A DNA stretch of 64,000 nt from Yoonia sp. (GTDB lineage: Bacteria; Pseudomonadota; Alphaproteobacteria; Rhodobacterales; Rhodobacteraceae), in contig NZ_JBELFI010000001.1 in assembly GCF_042093035.1 (NCBI RefSeq), positions 13,814-77,813 on the forward strand, read 5' to 3'. Every line of letters starts with the position of its first letter. Positions within the stretch are counted from its first letter, which is position 1. The position numbers were made by a program, and so were the translations under genes. The notes under the pieces are model-generated. The model was given only the letters and a program-made list of their open reading frames with translations, was not told the DNA's origin and did not search any database. Positions 46,172 to 56,814 of the stretch are shown here, one piece after another.

Positions 46172-48397
46172 ATGTCAGACCAGACACTACCCGATATCAT
46201 CTACACAAAAACAGATGAGGCACCGCAGTTGGCATCTGAATCGTTGCTGCCGATCCTGCGCAAATTTCTTTCGGAGGCCGACATCAGCATTGGCACCAAG
46301 GATATCTCACTTGCCGGGCGTATCCTTGCGGTCTTTCCTGAGAAGCTGACCGACGAACAGCGCGTGAATGATGATCTTGCCCTGCTCGGCAGCGTCGTGA
46401 AAGAAGCCGGCGCAAATGTTGTCAAACTGCCAAACGTGTCCGCCTCTGTGCCGCAGTTGGTCGCAGCGGTGAAAGAGCTTCAGTCGCAGGGCTACGACAT
46501 TCCCGATTATCCGGATGCCCCGCAAACAGCAGACGACATCGAAGCACGCAAGCGCTATGACGCGATCAAAGGTTCCGCGGTGAACCCGGTGCTGCGCGAA
46601 GGCAACTCTGACCGCCGCGCGCCGTCTTCGGTGAAGGCCTATGCGCGGGCGAACCCGCACCGGATGGGCAAGTGGTCCCCGGACAGCAAGACCGGTGTGT
46701 CCATGATGGGTGCCAACGATTTCTTCTCCAACGAGACATCCGTGACTTTGACCGAAGGCCAGGCCGAAGGCGCGCTGCGCATCGAATTGACCGGTGCGGA
46801 TGGGTCTGTGACCACTCTGAAGGACGGGATCGCAATGCCTGCGGGCACGATTGTGGATGCGACGTTTATGTCTGCCAAGGCGCTCAAGGCGTTCTTTCAC
46901 GAACAAATCGCGGCCACGAAGGAGCAAGGCACGCTGTTTTCACTGCATATGAAGGCGACGATGATGAAGGTCTCTGATCCGATCATCTTCGGCCATGCGG
47001 TGGTTGCCTATCTGCAACCTGTTTTTGACAAATATGCCGATGATTTTGCCGCTGCCGGGATCAGCCCCAATGGTGGCTTCGGGACGCTCTTTGATGCCAT
47101 CGCTGCGATGCCAAACGGCACCGAAATTCGCGCTGAAATCGACGCGCTGCTGGCACAGCGTCCGCCGCTCTACATGGTGAATTCTGACCGTGGGATTACC
47201 AACCTGCATGTGCCGTCCGATGTCATTATCGACGCGTCCATGCCTGCCGTGATCCGCGCAGGTGGCAAGGGCTGGGGCCCTGACGGACAAGAGGATGATA
47301 CCAATTGCGTGATCCCCGATAGCTCCTACGCGCCTGTCTATGATGCCTCTGTTGCGTTTTGCAAAGCCAATGGCGCGCTTGATCCCGTCACGGCGGGGAC
47401 GGTGCAAAACGTCGGTCTGATGGCGCAGAAAGCTGAGGAATACGGCTCTCATCCGACCACATTCGAGATCGCGCAGAACGGCACTGTGCACGTGATTGCG
47501 CCGAATGGGGACGTGTTGCACAGCCATGACGTTGAGGCTGGCGACATCTGGCGCATGGCCTCTGCCCGCAAGGCGCCGATTGAAAACTGGATCCAGCTTG
47601 CGCTTGACCGGATGGCCACGACAGGCTTCGAGACGATCTTCTGGCTTGACCGTAACCGCGCCCATGACGCCCAACTTCTGCAATACGTCGCACCAGCACT
47701 TGCGGCGGCGGGCGTGGCCGACAAGGTCAAGATCATGGCCCCCCGTGAGGCGACAACACGGTCGTTTGAGCTGATCTATCAAGGTGAAAACACGATTGCT
47801 GTCACCGGCAACGTGCTGCGTGACTACCTGACTGATCTGTTCCCGATCCTGGAAGTCGGCACATCGGCCAAGATGCTTTCGGTTGTAGGATTGATGAATG
47901 GCGGCGGCCTGTTTGAAACAGGCGCGGGCGGCTCTGCGCCAAAACATGTTGAGCAGTTGGTCGAAGAAAACCACCTGCGCTGGGATTCCTTGGGTGAATT
48001 CTGTGCCATGGGGGAAAGCCTGCGTTTTCTTGCAACGTCCCAGTCCAAGCCGGTCGCGGCCCTGATGGGTGACGCGGTTGATGCGGCGACCGAAAAACTG
48101 CTGGCAGAGGGGCATTCGCCGCAACGCAAAGTTGGGCAGCCCGACAACCGCAACAGCCACTATTGGTTTGCCCGCTTCTGGGCGGAGGCTCTGGCCGCCC
48201 AAACTCAGGACACAGATCTAGCCGCAAAGTTTGCGCCATTGGCCGAAGCGCTTGCAGCAAACGAGGCGGCGATTTTGGCAGAGCTTTCGGCAACCCGTGG
48301 TCAGGCGGTGGAATTGGGCGGTTACTACCATCCATCGCAGGCGCAAGCCGCCGCGGCAATGCGCCCGTCGCCGACATTGAACGCCTTGATTGGTTAG
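46172..48397 (+). CDS. icd: NADP-dependent isocitrate dehydrogenase, monomeric type
   Basis: 741 aa; the N-terminus [20 protein letters not shown] and the overall length are characteristic of monomeric IDH. Confidence 0.95.
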   Translation: MSDQTLPDIIYTKTDEAPQLASESLLPILRKFLSEADISIGTKDISLAGRILAVFPEKLTDEQRVNDDLALLGSVVKEAGANVVKLPNVSASVPQLVAAVKELQSQGYDIPDYPDAPQTADDIEARKRYDAIKGSAVNPVLREGNSDRRAPSSVKAYARANPHRMGKWSPDSKTGVSMMGANDFFSNETSVTLTEGQAEGALRIELTGADGSVTTLKDGIAMPAGTIVDATFMSAKALKAFFHEQIAATKEQGTLFSLHMKATMMKVSDPIIFGHAVVAYLQPVFDKYADDFAAAGISPNGGFGTLFDAIAAMPNGTEIRAEIDALLAQRPPLYMVNSDRGITNLHVPSDVIIDASMPAVIRAGGKGWGPDGQEDDTNCVIPDSSYAPVYDASVAFCKANGALDPVTAGTVQNVGLMAQKAEEYGSHPTTFEIAQNGTVHVIAPNGDVLHSHDVEAGDIWRMASARKAPIENWIQLALDRMATTGFETIFWLDRNRAHDAQLLQYVAPALAAAGVADKVKIMAPREATTRSFELIYQGENTIAVTGNVLRDYLTDLFPILEVGTSAKMLSVVGLMNGGGLFETGAGGSAPKHVEQLVEENHLRWDSLGEFCAMGESLRFLATSQSKPVAALMGDAVDAATEKLLAEGHSPQRKVGQPDNRNSHYWFARFWAEALAAQTQDTDLAAKFAPLAEALAANEAAILAELSATRGQAVELGGYYHPSQAQAAAAMRPSPTLNALIG

Positions 48398-48405
48398 AAA
48401 AGAAC

Positions 48406-48437
48406 GACGCGGCAGGCAGCTACCTGCCGCGTCTTTG
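48406..48437 (+). terminator. Hairpin terminator after icd
   Basis: An 11 bp stem gacgcggcagg/cctgccgcgtc with loop cagcta, followed by TTTG. Confidence 0.6.
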
Positions 48438-48527
48438 CCATTGCATGATGCGGCCCGCACAGGTCAGAGTGAATGGCGCGCACCACATTGTGACGCGCGC
48501 TGCTTGGCTCACAAGGTGGAGGACAAC

Positions 48528-49619
48528 GTGTCAGATCAGTCTGTGTTTACGCCAAGCCTCAGCGGGTTGCGCCTGCCAGAAGAGGCAACCGCGCGCCGCG
48601 AAATGCCGCTCTCTACGGACAAGCGGAGTGAGACCTACGTCGCGAATTTCGACCATCATACGTTGGTCTATGATGCGTTGCGCACGCCTGAGCGGATCAG
48701 CCTCTTTTGCCCTCGCCTGTTGAATCTATGGCCTTTGCTGCGCGATGGTCTACGGCTGGACGGGCGGCCAGTGAAACTGCGACGACACAAATCCTTGCGG
48801 TTCGAGCGGCTGGATCTGCCGCGTGGCGCGTCTGGCGATCTGACTGTCACGATTGAGGGGCAGATGCTGCCCCTGGTGCAGCACGACGCCGAACCTGAAC
48901 GGTTTGCAGGCCGCAATGTGCTGATCGCCATGGTCAAGGACACGCCCGCAGACTGGATTATCGACTGGGTGAATTACCACATGTCAGCCCATGGCGCCGA
49001 CGGGCTTGTCCTGCTCGACAATGGTTCGGAGCGCCATTTCAGGGATGATCTGCAAAACCGTCTTTTGCCGGAAACGGGACTTGCCGCTGTGGCTTTGGTC
49101 AGCAGTCCTTTCCCTTATGGTGCAAATGCTGGCGGGCGGTTTCTGACGCCTGCCAAATTTTTGCAGGTCGCGATGCTCAACCTGATGCGGGCCCGGTTTT
49201 TGGGCAAGGCGCGGGCGATCCTGTCGGTGGATGTGGATGAGTTTGTCCAACCGATTGCACAGACAAACGTATTTGATCTGGCGCGGCAGTCGCGGTTGGG
49301 ATGCGTCAGCTTTACCGGTGTGTGGGCCTTCGCACCAGAGGCAACAGGCCCCACCTTGCAAGCTGAACACACGCACACTGATCCCGACAGCATATGCAAA
49401 AATCCAAAATGGTGCCTGGTGCCGGGCCGCATCGCGGACCGCTTTGCGCTCGCGGTACACCGTCCGGCCGGGCCGCTTTTTCCGCTCACCCACAATGAAG
49501 AAATCAAATATTGGCATTTTCGCGCGACGACGACCGGCTGGAAATCGATGCGCTACCAGACCGGGGGCTCCGGTCAAGCGGACGATGTATTGCGTGAAAC
49601 GCTCTCGGCGCATTTCTAG
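48528..49619 (+). CDS. Glycosyltransferase-like protein (same GT2_4/GT92-like fold as 5185 and 6271)
   Basis: NVLIAMVKDTPADWIIDWVNYHMSAHGADGLVLLDNGS and the DxD-like SVDVDEFV. GTG at 48528 follows GGAGG. The ORF-track extension overlaps the icd terminator. Confidence 0.5.
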   Translation: MSDQSVFTPSLSGLRLPEEATARREMPLSTDKRSETYVANFDHHTLVYDALRTPERISLFCPRLLNLWPLLRDGLRLDGRPVKLRRHKSLRFERLDLPRGASGDLTVTIEGQMLPLVQHDAEPERFAGRNVLIAMVKDTPADWIIDWVNYHMSAHGADGLVLLDNGSERHFRDDLQNRLLPETGLAAVALVSSPFPYGANAGGRFLTPAKFLQVAMLNLMRARFLGKARAILSVDVDEFVQPIAQTNVFDLARQSRLGCVSFTGVWAFAPEATGPTLQAEHTHTDPDSICKNPKWCLVPGRIADRFALAVHRPAGPLFPLTHNEEIKYWHFRATTTGWKSMRYQTGGSGQADDVLRETLSAHF

Positions 49620-49759
49620 TTGCCCCCGAAACCTGCCGACCGTACCATCCATCACGCCGCAGCACCTTGGCCGAAACCGCACCTGCCACATGAGCAGCAA
49701 GATGCGCTGGCAAGGCCCTGACAGCGGCCCCGTGTCAAGCCCGGTCTTGTTCGCAATCC

Positions 49760-49981
49760 CTATGCCGTTTCAGTGACATCAGTGACGTCGTCGGTTTCCA
49801 CGGGCGCTACCTGCGCCATGGCAACGAGAGGCGCGGCCAGAATTGCGATACCAACTGCCGCAAATGCAAACAGGGCAAGCAGGCTCATCGTGGCGAGGCC
49901 CAAACCGACCATAAGGCCGCCAAAGGCAAAGAGGACGACGCCGGACAGGGCCGTTGTAGCTTTGTTGATAAGGGTCTTCAT
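49760..49981 (-). CDS. Small membrane protein (73 aa, two hydrophobic helices, acidic tail)
   Basis: GGAGA RBS 7 nt upstream. The sequence MKTLINKATTALSGVVLFAFGGLMVGLGLATMSLLALFAFAAVGIAILAAPLVAMA is followed by ETDDVTDVTETA. Confidence 0.45.
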   Translation of the reverse strand: MKTLINKATTALSGVVLFAFGGLMVGLGLATMSLLALFAFAAVGIAILAAPLVAMAQVAPVETDDVTDVTETA

Positions 49982-50058
49982 TTTGTTGTCTCCAGTTTCA
50001 TCAATGTTGCGATGACACCGATATGGAGGCTGGGATTTACGGGCGCCTGACCGGAACC

Positions 50059-51354
50059 TTACAAATCTGCAAAGTTCAGCATAACGCGCAGACCCTGCGG
50101 CTTTTGTCCCGGCTGCATTGGGCCAAGATCAAGTTTTGCCCCATGCCGATCCGCGACAGCGCGCACCAAGGCAAGCCCCAACCCGGAGCCGATGCTGGAC
50201 CGCGCCGCATCGAGCCGCACCATCGGTTTGACGATCTCGTCATAGTCCGCAGTCTTAACGCCGTCGCCATTATCGGCAACGCCAAGCGATTGCCCATTGG
50301 CGATCAACGCGATCTCTGATCCGCCATGCACCAAGGCGTTCTGGATCAGATTTGCCATCGCCTGCACAAGCATCTGCCTATCCGCGAACACTGATTTGGC
50401 CCCCGACACATCCAGCTTGAGCTGCCTTCCTGCGTCCTCCACGACGGGGCCGAATGTTTCGGCCAACGCGTCGATGAATGACGCCAGCGGGATGTCCTCA
50501 AAGCCGGTTTTGCCTTGACCCGCCTCGATCCGGGCGACCCGCATGATGGTATCGAAAATATCTGAAAGCTGCCCTGCCTCTTCCAATGCCTCGGCGCGCT
50601 CTTCGCTATCTGGCAACATCTCCAGCCGCGCCCTCAATCGGGCGAGTGGGGTCCGTAGATCATGTGCGATACTGGCACCAAGATGTCGGGTTTGGGCAAC
50701 AATCCGTTCCAGTTCAGACGCGGTGCGGTCCAGTTGCCGCGCGATATCATCAAGATCATCCTTGGAGCGTCCAAGTCCCGTGCGCGCCGTCAAATCGCCT
50801 GCTGCCAACTGCCCCAATGTGGTGTTGATTCCGCTCAGCCTGCGCTGGGCAAAAAACCCTGCTCCCACGCCAATCGCGATGGTAGATCCAATCACAAGTG
50901 CCGCAGTGGTCCACAAGATACCTGACAGAAGCTCCAGCGCGTCTTCGCTTTCTTCCAGTGGCACAGCGACTATCACTGGTGTTCCGCGACTGTCTTGGGT
51001 TACCAGAATGCGCCAGACTTCGGAGCGCAGGAAATTGCCATCAAGCTCGACTGTTCGGCGGCGTTCCTGAACGGCGCGACGAAACGGGCGGGGCAGGTCT
51101 TCGAGGTCATCCAGTGGTCGCAGTATAAGTGACGGGCTTTGCCCTTCTGCGTCTTCCAAGATCGCGGATCTCGCGAAGGCTTCAAGTGTGGTATCGGCGC
51201 GCTGGGCGATTGCATCTCTGCCAAGCGACAAAGCCACAAAAAGCGCAACGGCCATCCCGACCGCAAAGATTGCCGAAAGCAGCAGCGACAGGCGCAGCAT
51301 GGAAGAGCGCCGCAGCCACGCAAATTTGCGGATCAGGTTACTGACCAAAAACAT
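50059..51354 (-). CDS. Sensor histidine kinase (OmpR-partner type)
   Basis: Two transmembrane helices, HAMP, an H-box GASIAHDLRTPLARL and an HATPase GSGLGLALV. ATG at 51354 overlaps the 3' end of the response-regulator gene. Confidence 0.8.
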   Translation of the reverse strand: MFLVSNLIRKFAWLRRSSMLRLSLLLSAIFAVGMAVALFVALSLGRDAIAQRADTTLEAFARSAILEDAEGQSPSLILRPLDDLEDLPRPFRRAVQERRRTVELDGNFLRSEVWRILVTQDSRGTPVIVAVPLEESEDALELLSGILWTTAALVIGSTIAIGVGAGFFAQRRLSGINTTLGQLAAGDLTARTGLGRSKDDLDDIARQLDRTASELERIVAQTRHLGASIAHDLRTPLARLRARLEMLPDSEERAEALEEAGQLSDIFDTIMRVARIEAGQGKTGFEDIPLASFIDALAETFGPVVEDAGRQLKLDVSGAKSVFADRQMLVQAMANLIQNALVHGGSEIALIANGQSLGVADNGDGVKTADYDEIVKPMVRLDAARSSIGSGLGLALVRAVADRHGAKLDLGPMQPGQKPQGLRVMLNFADL

Positions 51355-52021
51355 ACCCCTCGCCGCGTCGGGTGCGTAGCAAGGCCGTATCAAACGGCTT
51401 GTCGATCTTGGATCGCAACCGGCTGATATGCGTTTCAACCACACTCGTGGTTGGATCGAAGCTCATGTCCCAGACCTGCTCCAGCAGCATGGTTCGGGTA
51501 ACAAGGCGGCCGGGGCGGCGCATGAAATACTCCAACAGTTTGAATTCCTTGGCCATCAGGTCAATCGGCGTACCTTGCCGTTTGCAGCGGCGCGCCAGCA
51601 GATCAAGCGTCAGGTCGCCGTATCGCAATGTCGTTTGTGCAGCTTCGGTCAAGGCGCCCGGATCGCGCCGCCTGCTCAATGCCTGAACACGCGCCGAAAG
51701 CTCGGCAAAGGCAAATGGCTTTGTCAGATAGTCATCCCCTCCGGCCTCAAACCCTTCGACACGGGCATCAACTTCGCCAAGTGCCGTCAGAAAAAGGGCA
51801 GGTGTCGTGTCTTTTGAGGCGCGCAGGGATTTCAACACGGCGAGCCCGTCAAGACGAGGCACCATCCGATCCAGGATGAGCAGATCGTAATCCTGACCCA
51901 TCGCTGCCATCAACGCATCTTTGCCATCTGCGAAGTGGTCAACAACATGCCCTTCCTCACGCAGCCCACCGGCGACCCAAGGGCCAAGATGTGCATCGTC
52001 TTCTAGGAGCAGAATGCGCAT
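51338..52021 (-). CDS. OmpR-family response regulator
   Basis: MRILLLEDD...DLLILDRMVPRLDG receiver domain plus a winged-helix C-terminus. Confidence 0.9.
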   Translation of the reverse strand: MRILLLEDDAHLGPWVAGGLREEGHVVDHFADGKDALMAAMGQDYDLLILDRMVPRLDGLAVLKSLRASKDTTPALFLTALGEVDARVEGFEAGGDDYLTKPFAFAELSARVQALSRRRDPGALTEAAQTTLRYGDLTLDLLARRCKRQGTPIDLMAKEFKLLEYFMRRPGRLVTRTMLLEQVWDMSFDPTTSVVETHISRLRSKIDKPFDTALLRTRRGEGYVFGQ

Positions 52022-52113
52022 GGAAACCTCAATTTGTCACGGCAGGTGGAAAGAGGCTGCCGGGAACGGCAACCTCTGTGCTTTTGGGAAAGCTCTGCAA
52101 GGGGCGCTTGGGA

Positions 52114-52440
52114 TCAAGCGTCGTTGTCGTCATCCTTTTCGCATCCTTCGTCGCCGTCTGCGGACACCTTCAGAACATCGCCTGTCTCTGCGTTGATCTC
52201 AACCTCCATCTCGGTGCCATCCTCTGCAATGATCTCGACTTCGTAGATCTGTTTGCCGTGCTCGCGTTCCAGTTCAACTTCATTGACTTCGCCGGGCACT
52301 TCAAGCAGCGCAATCGCGATGACCTGTTCTTCGCTCAGGCCGGTTTGCGCAGCCGCTGTCTGCGCAGAGACCGCGCTGGCAATACCACCGGCCAGAACCA
52401 GGCCAGCCAATGCGCCGCCAGTCAGAATTTTCTTATCCAT
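52114..52440 (-). CDS. PepSY-domain periplasmic protein
   Basis: Signal peptide followed by a PepSY-like core (..EEQVIAIALLEVPGEV.EVELERE.GKQIYEVEI...G.E.EVEINAETGDVLK) and an acidic tail. Confidence 0.7.
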   Translation of the reverse strand: MDKKILTGGALAGLVLAGGIASAVSAQTAAAQTGLSEEQVIAIALLEVPGEVNEVELEREHGKQIYEVEIIAEDGTEMEVEINAETGDVLKVSADGDEGCEKDDDNDA

Positions 52441-52531
52441 GTCGTTTCTCCTTGGGTTTCTTGTGGAATGGCCTTGTGCCTTCCGATGAAACCTATCTGG
52501 GGTCCAAACTTTACAGACGCTGATTGCGAGG

Positions 52532-52547
52532 CTTACAATTTTGTAAG
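52532..52547. promoter_or_regulatory. Palindrome CTTACA-ATTT-TGTAAG, with a related CTTTACA 23 nt upstream
   Basis: Read directly in the divergent region between the PepSY operon and the Tup-like operon. Confidence 0.25.
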
Positions 52548-52647
52548 ATTGGCCACCCTGAGATTATCTGCCGATTGATACAGCTCCGCTATGGCTTCGG
52601 CAGAGGAAAATTGGCACTTTCCCGCATCAAGTAGAAGGATTCGGCAG

Positions 52648-53352
52648 ATGGTCGATCTGTGGGATGGTCTGACCCAAGCGTTTTGGCTTGTGGTGACCTT
52701 GGACGCGGAACTGGCAGAGATCGCGTTGCGCTCGCTTTATGTCACGCTCACAGCGCTTGTGATTGCTTGCGTGGTCGCTTTTCCGTTGGCCGCACTTCTT
52801 GCCGTGCGCAGGTTCCGGTTTCGCCGGTTTGTCATTGCGGTTCTGAATGCCTTGATGGGGTTGCCGCCGGTTGTTGTTGGCCTGATCGTATATGTCCTGC
52901 TGTCGCGGTCCGGCCCGTTCGGGGTGCTGGGTCTTCTGTTCACGCCGACTGCCATGATTATCGCGCAGGTCATTATCATCGTCCCGTTGATTGCCAGCAT
53001 CGCGCATCAGTCCCTGCGTGATCTTTGGCAGGAATATCACGACCTTCTCATTTCGATGAATGTGACCCAGAGCCAAAAAATGCGAACGCTGATCTGGGAT
53101 GCGCGCAGGGCGCTTCTGACAGCAGCACTGGCCGGCTTCGGGCGCGGGATCGGCGAGGTGGGCGCGATCATGATTGTCGGTGGCAACATAGACAACGTGA
53201 CGCGCGTGCTGACCACAGCGATTGCGCTGGAAACCGGCAAGGGGGCGTTTGCGCTCGCTCTGGCGCTTGGCTTTGTGCTGATTGCCCTGACGATCGCGGT
53301 GAACCTTATGACCCATTGGCTCAGCCAGACGGAACGTGAGGGGCGATGGTGA
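52648..53352 (+). CDS. ABC transporter permease (TupB/sulfate-molybdate-type)
   Basis: About 234 aa with 5-6 helices and an EAA-like loop. GAAGGA RBS before the ATG at 52648. Confidence 0.7.
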   Translation: MVDLWDGLTQAFWLVVTLDAELAEIALRSLYVTLTALVIACVVAFPLAALLAVRRFRFRRFVIAVLNALMGLPPVVVGLIVYVLLSRSGPFGVLGLLFTPTAMIIAQVIIIVPLIASIAHQSLRDLWQEYHDLLISMNVTQSQKMRTLIWDARRALLTAALAGFGRGIGEVGAIMIVGGNIDNVTRVLTTAIALETGKGAFALALALGFVLIALTIAVNLMTHWLSQTEREGRW

Positions 53353-54062
53353 TGAGCTTGTTCCCCCTCAAAGTCACTGGCGCAGAGACCCGCCGTCGCG
53401 GCAAGGTGATTGTCGGACCGGTTTTCCTTGATCTTAATGGTGATGGCACCACGGTGATTGTTGGCCCGAACGGATCCGGCAAGACGACGCTTCTGCGTCT
53501 GCTTCACGGGACCGCACGATTGAACGCTGGGACGATTGACTGGCATCAACCTATTGAGACGGTGCGTGAGGCGCAGTCTTTCGTGTTCCAGCGTCCGGTC
53601 ATGCTGCGCCGCAGTGTCATCGAAAACATAGCCTACCCGCAGCTCATCCGCGGCGTCACAAAGCCGAAGGCATTGGCATTGGCCCGCACTTGGGCCGCGC
53701 ATGTCGGCCTGGGCGACATGCTCAAACGCGCCGCGACGAGCCTTTCGGGGGGGGAGCAACAAAAGCTGGCCCTTGCGCGTGCGTTCATCACCGATCCGCA
53801 GGTCGTGTTTCTGGACGAACCCTGCGCCTCACTTGACGGGCGCGCAACGGCTGAGATCGAGGCAATTTTGCGGGATCAAAAGGCACGCGGCACACGGTTT
53901 ATCATGTCTACCCACGACATGGGGCAGGCGCGCCGATTGGCAGATGCGGTTGTTTTTCTACGCGGCGGTCAAGTCCATGAGACGGCCCCAGCGCCCGGTT
54001 TCTTTGATGCCCCCCAGACTGACGCAGCACGCGCCTTTCTGAACGGAGATATCGTGGAATGA
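53346..54062 (+). CDS. ABC transporter ATP-binding protein (TupC-like)
   Basis: Walker A GPNGSGKTT, signature LSGGEQQKLALAR, Walker B VVFLDEP. Confidence 0.8.
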   Translation: MVMSLFPLKVTGAETRRRGKVIVGPVFLDLNGDGTTVIVGPNGSGKTTLLRLLHGTARLNAGTIDWHQPIETVREAQSFVFQRPVMLRRSVIENIAYPQLIRGVTKPKALALARTWAAHVGLGDMLKRAATSLSGGEQQKLALARAFITDPQVVFLDEPCASLDGRATAEIEAILRDQKARGTRFIMSTHDMGQARRLADAVVFLRGGQVHETAPAPGFFDAPQTDAARAFLNGDIVE

Positions 54063-54862
54063 AGCGGCTTTTGTTCATCGCGGCCCTGATCGGCGCCACA
54101 TCCGCATCGGCGCAGGACAGCATGCGCATGGCGGTCACGACGTCTTTTCACAACTCCGGCCTTGCCGATGTTCTCTTGCCGGAAATTCAGACCGATTTGG
54201 GGCTTGAGGTTCAATTGTTGATCGTCGGTACCGGGCAAGCCTTGCGTTTGGGTGAGGCGGGCGACGTGGATGCGATCCTTGTCCATTCCCGCACGGCAGA
54301 GGAAGCTTTCGTCGCCGCAGGCCACGGCACGCATCGGCGCGAGATAATGTATAGTGATTTTGTCCTGATCGGCCCGTCCGATGACCCCGCTGATGTAGGA
54401 TCTGCAATCGATGCCGCCACTGGTTTGCAACGCATTGCCACCTCTGGTGCCCAGTTTGTCAGCCGTGGTGATGACAGTGGTACGCACAAAAAGGAACTGC
54501 GCCTTTGGTCTGATGCGGGCCTCAATGTTGAGGGGTTTGGCGACGGGTATCTTTCCGTCGGTGCAGGCATGGGGGCTGCCCTGAACACCGCGTCGGGCAT
54601 GAATGCCTACATCCTGTCAGACCGTGCCAGTTGGCTGAATTTCGCGAACAAAGGGGATCTGGCACTGCTTTTCTCGGGCGATCCGGCGCTTTTCAATCAA
54701 TATGCCTTTCTTCCGGTGAACCCCGAATTGCACCCCTATGTGAAGGCCGAACAGGCGCGCCAGCTTGAGGAATGGTTGACCTCTGCGCGCGCCGCAAAGC
54801 TGATAAATGATTTCACCATCGGCGATGAAAACCCCTTCGTCTTTAATGCTGAAGCAAGGTAG
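54059..54862 (+). CDS. Tungstate/molybdate-type periplasmic binding protein (TupA-like)
   Basis: Signal peptide followed by MAVTTSFHNSGL, which resembles the TupA TT(T)S anion-binding motif. Confidence 0.6.
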   Translation: MKRLLFIAALIGATSASAQDSMRMAVTTSFHNSGLADVLLPEIQTDLGLEVQLLIVGTGQALRLGEAGDVDAILVHSRTAEEAFVAAGHGTHRREIMYSDFVLIGPSDDPADVGSAIDAATGLQRIATSGAQFVSRGDDSGTHKKELRLWSDAGLNVEGFGDGYLSVGAGMGAALNTASGMNAYILSDRASWLNFANKGDLALLFSGDPALFNQYAFLPVNPELHPYVKAEQARQLEEWLTSARAAKLINDFTIGDENPFVFNAEAR

Positions 54863-54894
54863 ACCGTCGCGCGCGAAGTGTTCGCTGCGCGTTT

Positions 54895-56778
54895 TCAGAA
54901 GATCACATTCAACACCACAAGAGAGACCACCAAGAACAGGACCGTCATGATGCCGCCGCTCTTGACGAAGTCGATCACCTTATAGCCGGCCGGACCCATA
55001 ATCAGCGCATTCACCTGATGGGTGGGGATCAAGAAGGAATTCGACGTTGATATCGCAACCGTCAGCGCAAAGACCGCCGGATCGCCGCCAGCCGCAACCG
55101 CAATGGAAATCGCAAGCGGCACAAGCAGAACAGTCGCGCCGACGTTGGACATGATGAGCGTGAATACGGTCGCCAAGATAGCCATGCCGGCCTGAAGCGA
55201 CCAAATGGGCCAGCCATCAAGCAAAACAAGCACCTGTTGCGCAATCCATGCTGCCGTCCCCGACGTTTGCACTGCCTGACCAAGCGGTATCAGGCTGGCC
55301 AGCAAAAAGACCGTACTCCAGCTGACGGCTTCATAGGCGTCATCAATATCAAGAACACCCGTCAGGATCATGCCGACCGCGCCGGTCAGCAGCGCCAGCG
55401 ACAGACGCAGGTCAGTGAACAGGATCAAAAAGATGGACACAAAAAAGAAAAACAGCGCCCAGCCGACCTTTTTGGGGCGCAATTCCTCTTGTGGGAAGTC
55501 GGTTGTTACGACGACGAAATCCCTGTCGCGGGTCAGTCGCGTCAGCGCGTCCCATGTACTGAGAATGACAAGCGTATCGCCCGCGCGGAATGGTACTTCG
55601 CCGATTTGGGTTGGCTCGTGATCCTCGGTCGCAACGAGGCTGAGCGTTTCTTCACCTCGGTGAATGGCCAGCATGCTCGCGCCATAGGTTTTGCGAAACA
55701 CCACGTCATGCGCGCATTTGCCGATCAGCGATGAGCCGGGCGGGATGACCACCTCTGCCACACCCGAACGGGTGGGTGCATAGTCTTCGGCAAAGACGTC
55801 GAGCTTGTCATGAAGAACGAAACCCTCAGCCTTGACCATTTGCACGACTTCTTTACGTCTGCCAAGGATGGCAAGACGACAAGGTGCCGTGATCTCGGTC
55901 TGAATAACTGGCGCGAACCATGTCTTGCCCTGATATGCGCTGCCGATGATGTAGACATGGTAATGCTTGATAAGGTCATCGAAGGTATTCCCGACGCAGA
56001 GGCTTCCTTCGGGCACAGAGATTTCAAAGATATCCGTTTTGAGGCCGTACAGCTCTTTGAGGTAGGATTTCATCGACCGGCCACTGGTTGCGTCACCGCC
56101 CTTTTGCGCGCCCGGCAATATCCAGCGTCCGAAAATCATGAAGTAGAGAATGCCCGTCGCGATCAGTGCAAGCCCAATAGGTGTCACCGAAAACAGGCCG
56201 AATGGTGTCATTTGCCGGTCTGCGGGCAACGATTGGTTAGCCGTCAGGATCAGATCATTCAGCAGGATCAGCGGCGATGACCCAACCATCGTCATCGTGC
56301 CGCCCAAAATCGCGCAGAAACCCATTGGCATCAGCAAGCGGCTGAGCGACAGGCCCGTGCGCACCGAAATCCGGCTCACTACCGGCAGGAACAACGCCGC
56401 AGCGCCGACGTTTTGCATGAACGATGAAATGATCCCGACCGTGCCAGAGATGATGGGCACAACCCGCGCTTCGGTGTTGCCGCCATATCTCAGGATCAGT
56501 GCGGCAACCTTGCCCATAAGTCCGGTCTTATCCAGACCCGCCCCGATAATCATCACCGCGATAATCGACACCACCGCATTCGACGCCAATCCGTTAAAGA
56601 GCTGACTGATATTCGCAAGCGATCCAAGACCCGGAAGCTGACTGAGCAACCCCAGCAGAACCATCACAAGGATGGCTGCAAAGTCGATCCGCACCACCTC
56701 CGAAACAAAGAGAACGACCGTAAAGGCCAGCAGTCCCAAAACCACCGACATCTCGAATGTTAGGGTGATCGCATCCAC
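54895..56778 (-). CDS. SLC13/DASS-family permease with central TrkA-C domains
   Basis: 627 aa. Hydrophobic N- and C-terminal halves are separated by a ~200 aa soluble insert, as in bacterial SLC13 permeases. GTG start. Confidence 0.8.
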   Translation of the reverse strand: MDAITLTFEMSVVLGLLAFTVVLFVSEVVRIDFAAILVMVLLGLLSQLPGLGSLANISQLFNGLASNAVVSIIAVMIIGAGLDKTGLMGKVAALILRYGGNTEARVVPIISGTVGIISSFMQNVGAAALFLPVVSRISVRTGLSLSRLLMPMGFCAILGGTMTMVGSSPLILLNDLILTANQSLPADRQMTPFGLFSVTPIGLALIATGILYFMIFGRWILPGAQKGGDATSGRSMKSYLKELYGLKTDIFEISVPEGSLCVGNTFDDLIKHYHVYIIGSAYQGKTWFAPVIQTEITAPCRLAILGRRKEVVQMVKAEGFVLHDKLDVFAEDYAPTRSGVAEVVIPPGSSLIGKCAHDVVFRKTYGASMLAIHRGEETLSLVATEDHEPTQIGEVPFRAGDTLVILSTWDALTRLTRDRDFVVVTTDFPQEELRPKKVGWALFFFFVSIFLILFTDLRLSLALLTGAVGMILTGVLDIDDAYEAVSWSTVFLLASLIPLGQAVQTSGTAAWIAQQVLVLLDGWPIWSLQAGMAILATVFTLIMSNVGATVLLVPLAISIAVAAGGDPAVFALTVAISTSNSFLIPTHQVNALIMGPAGYKVIDFVKSGGIMTVLFLVVSLVVLNVIF

Positions 56779-56800
56779 TTACTTCACGCTCCCGTTGACC

Positions 56801-56814
56801 AATCGTACACGATT
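56801..56814. promoter_or_regulatory. Perfect palindrome AATCGT-AC-ACGATT upstream of the SLC13 gene
   Basis: Read directly; 23 nt upstream of the GTG start. Confidence 0.2.

Noticed and set aside
46940-48202. 420 aa minus-strand ORF
   Set aside because: It is antisense to the monomeric isocitrate dehydrogenase gene. The translation is low-complexity and Arg-rich, so it is a shadow ORF.
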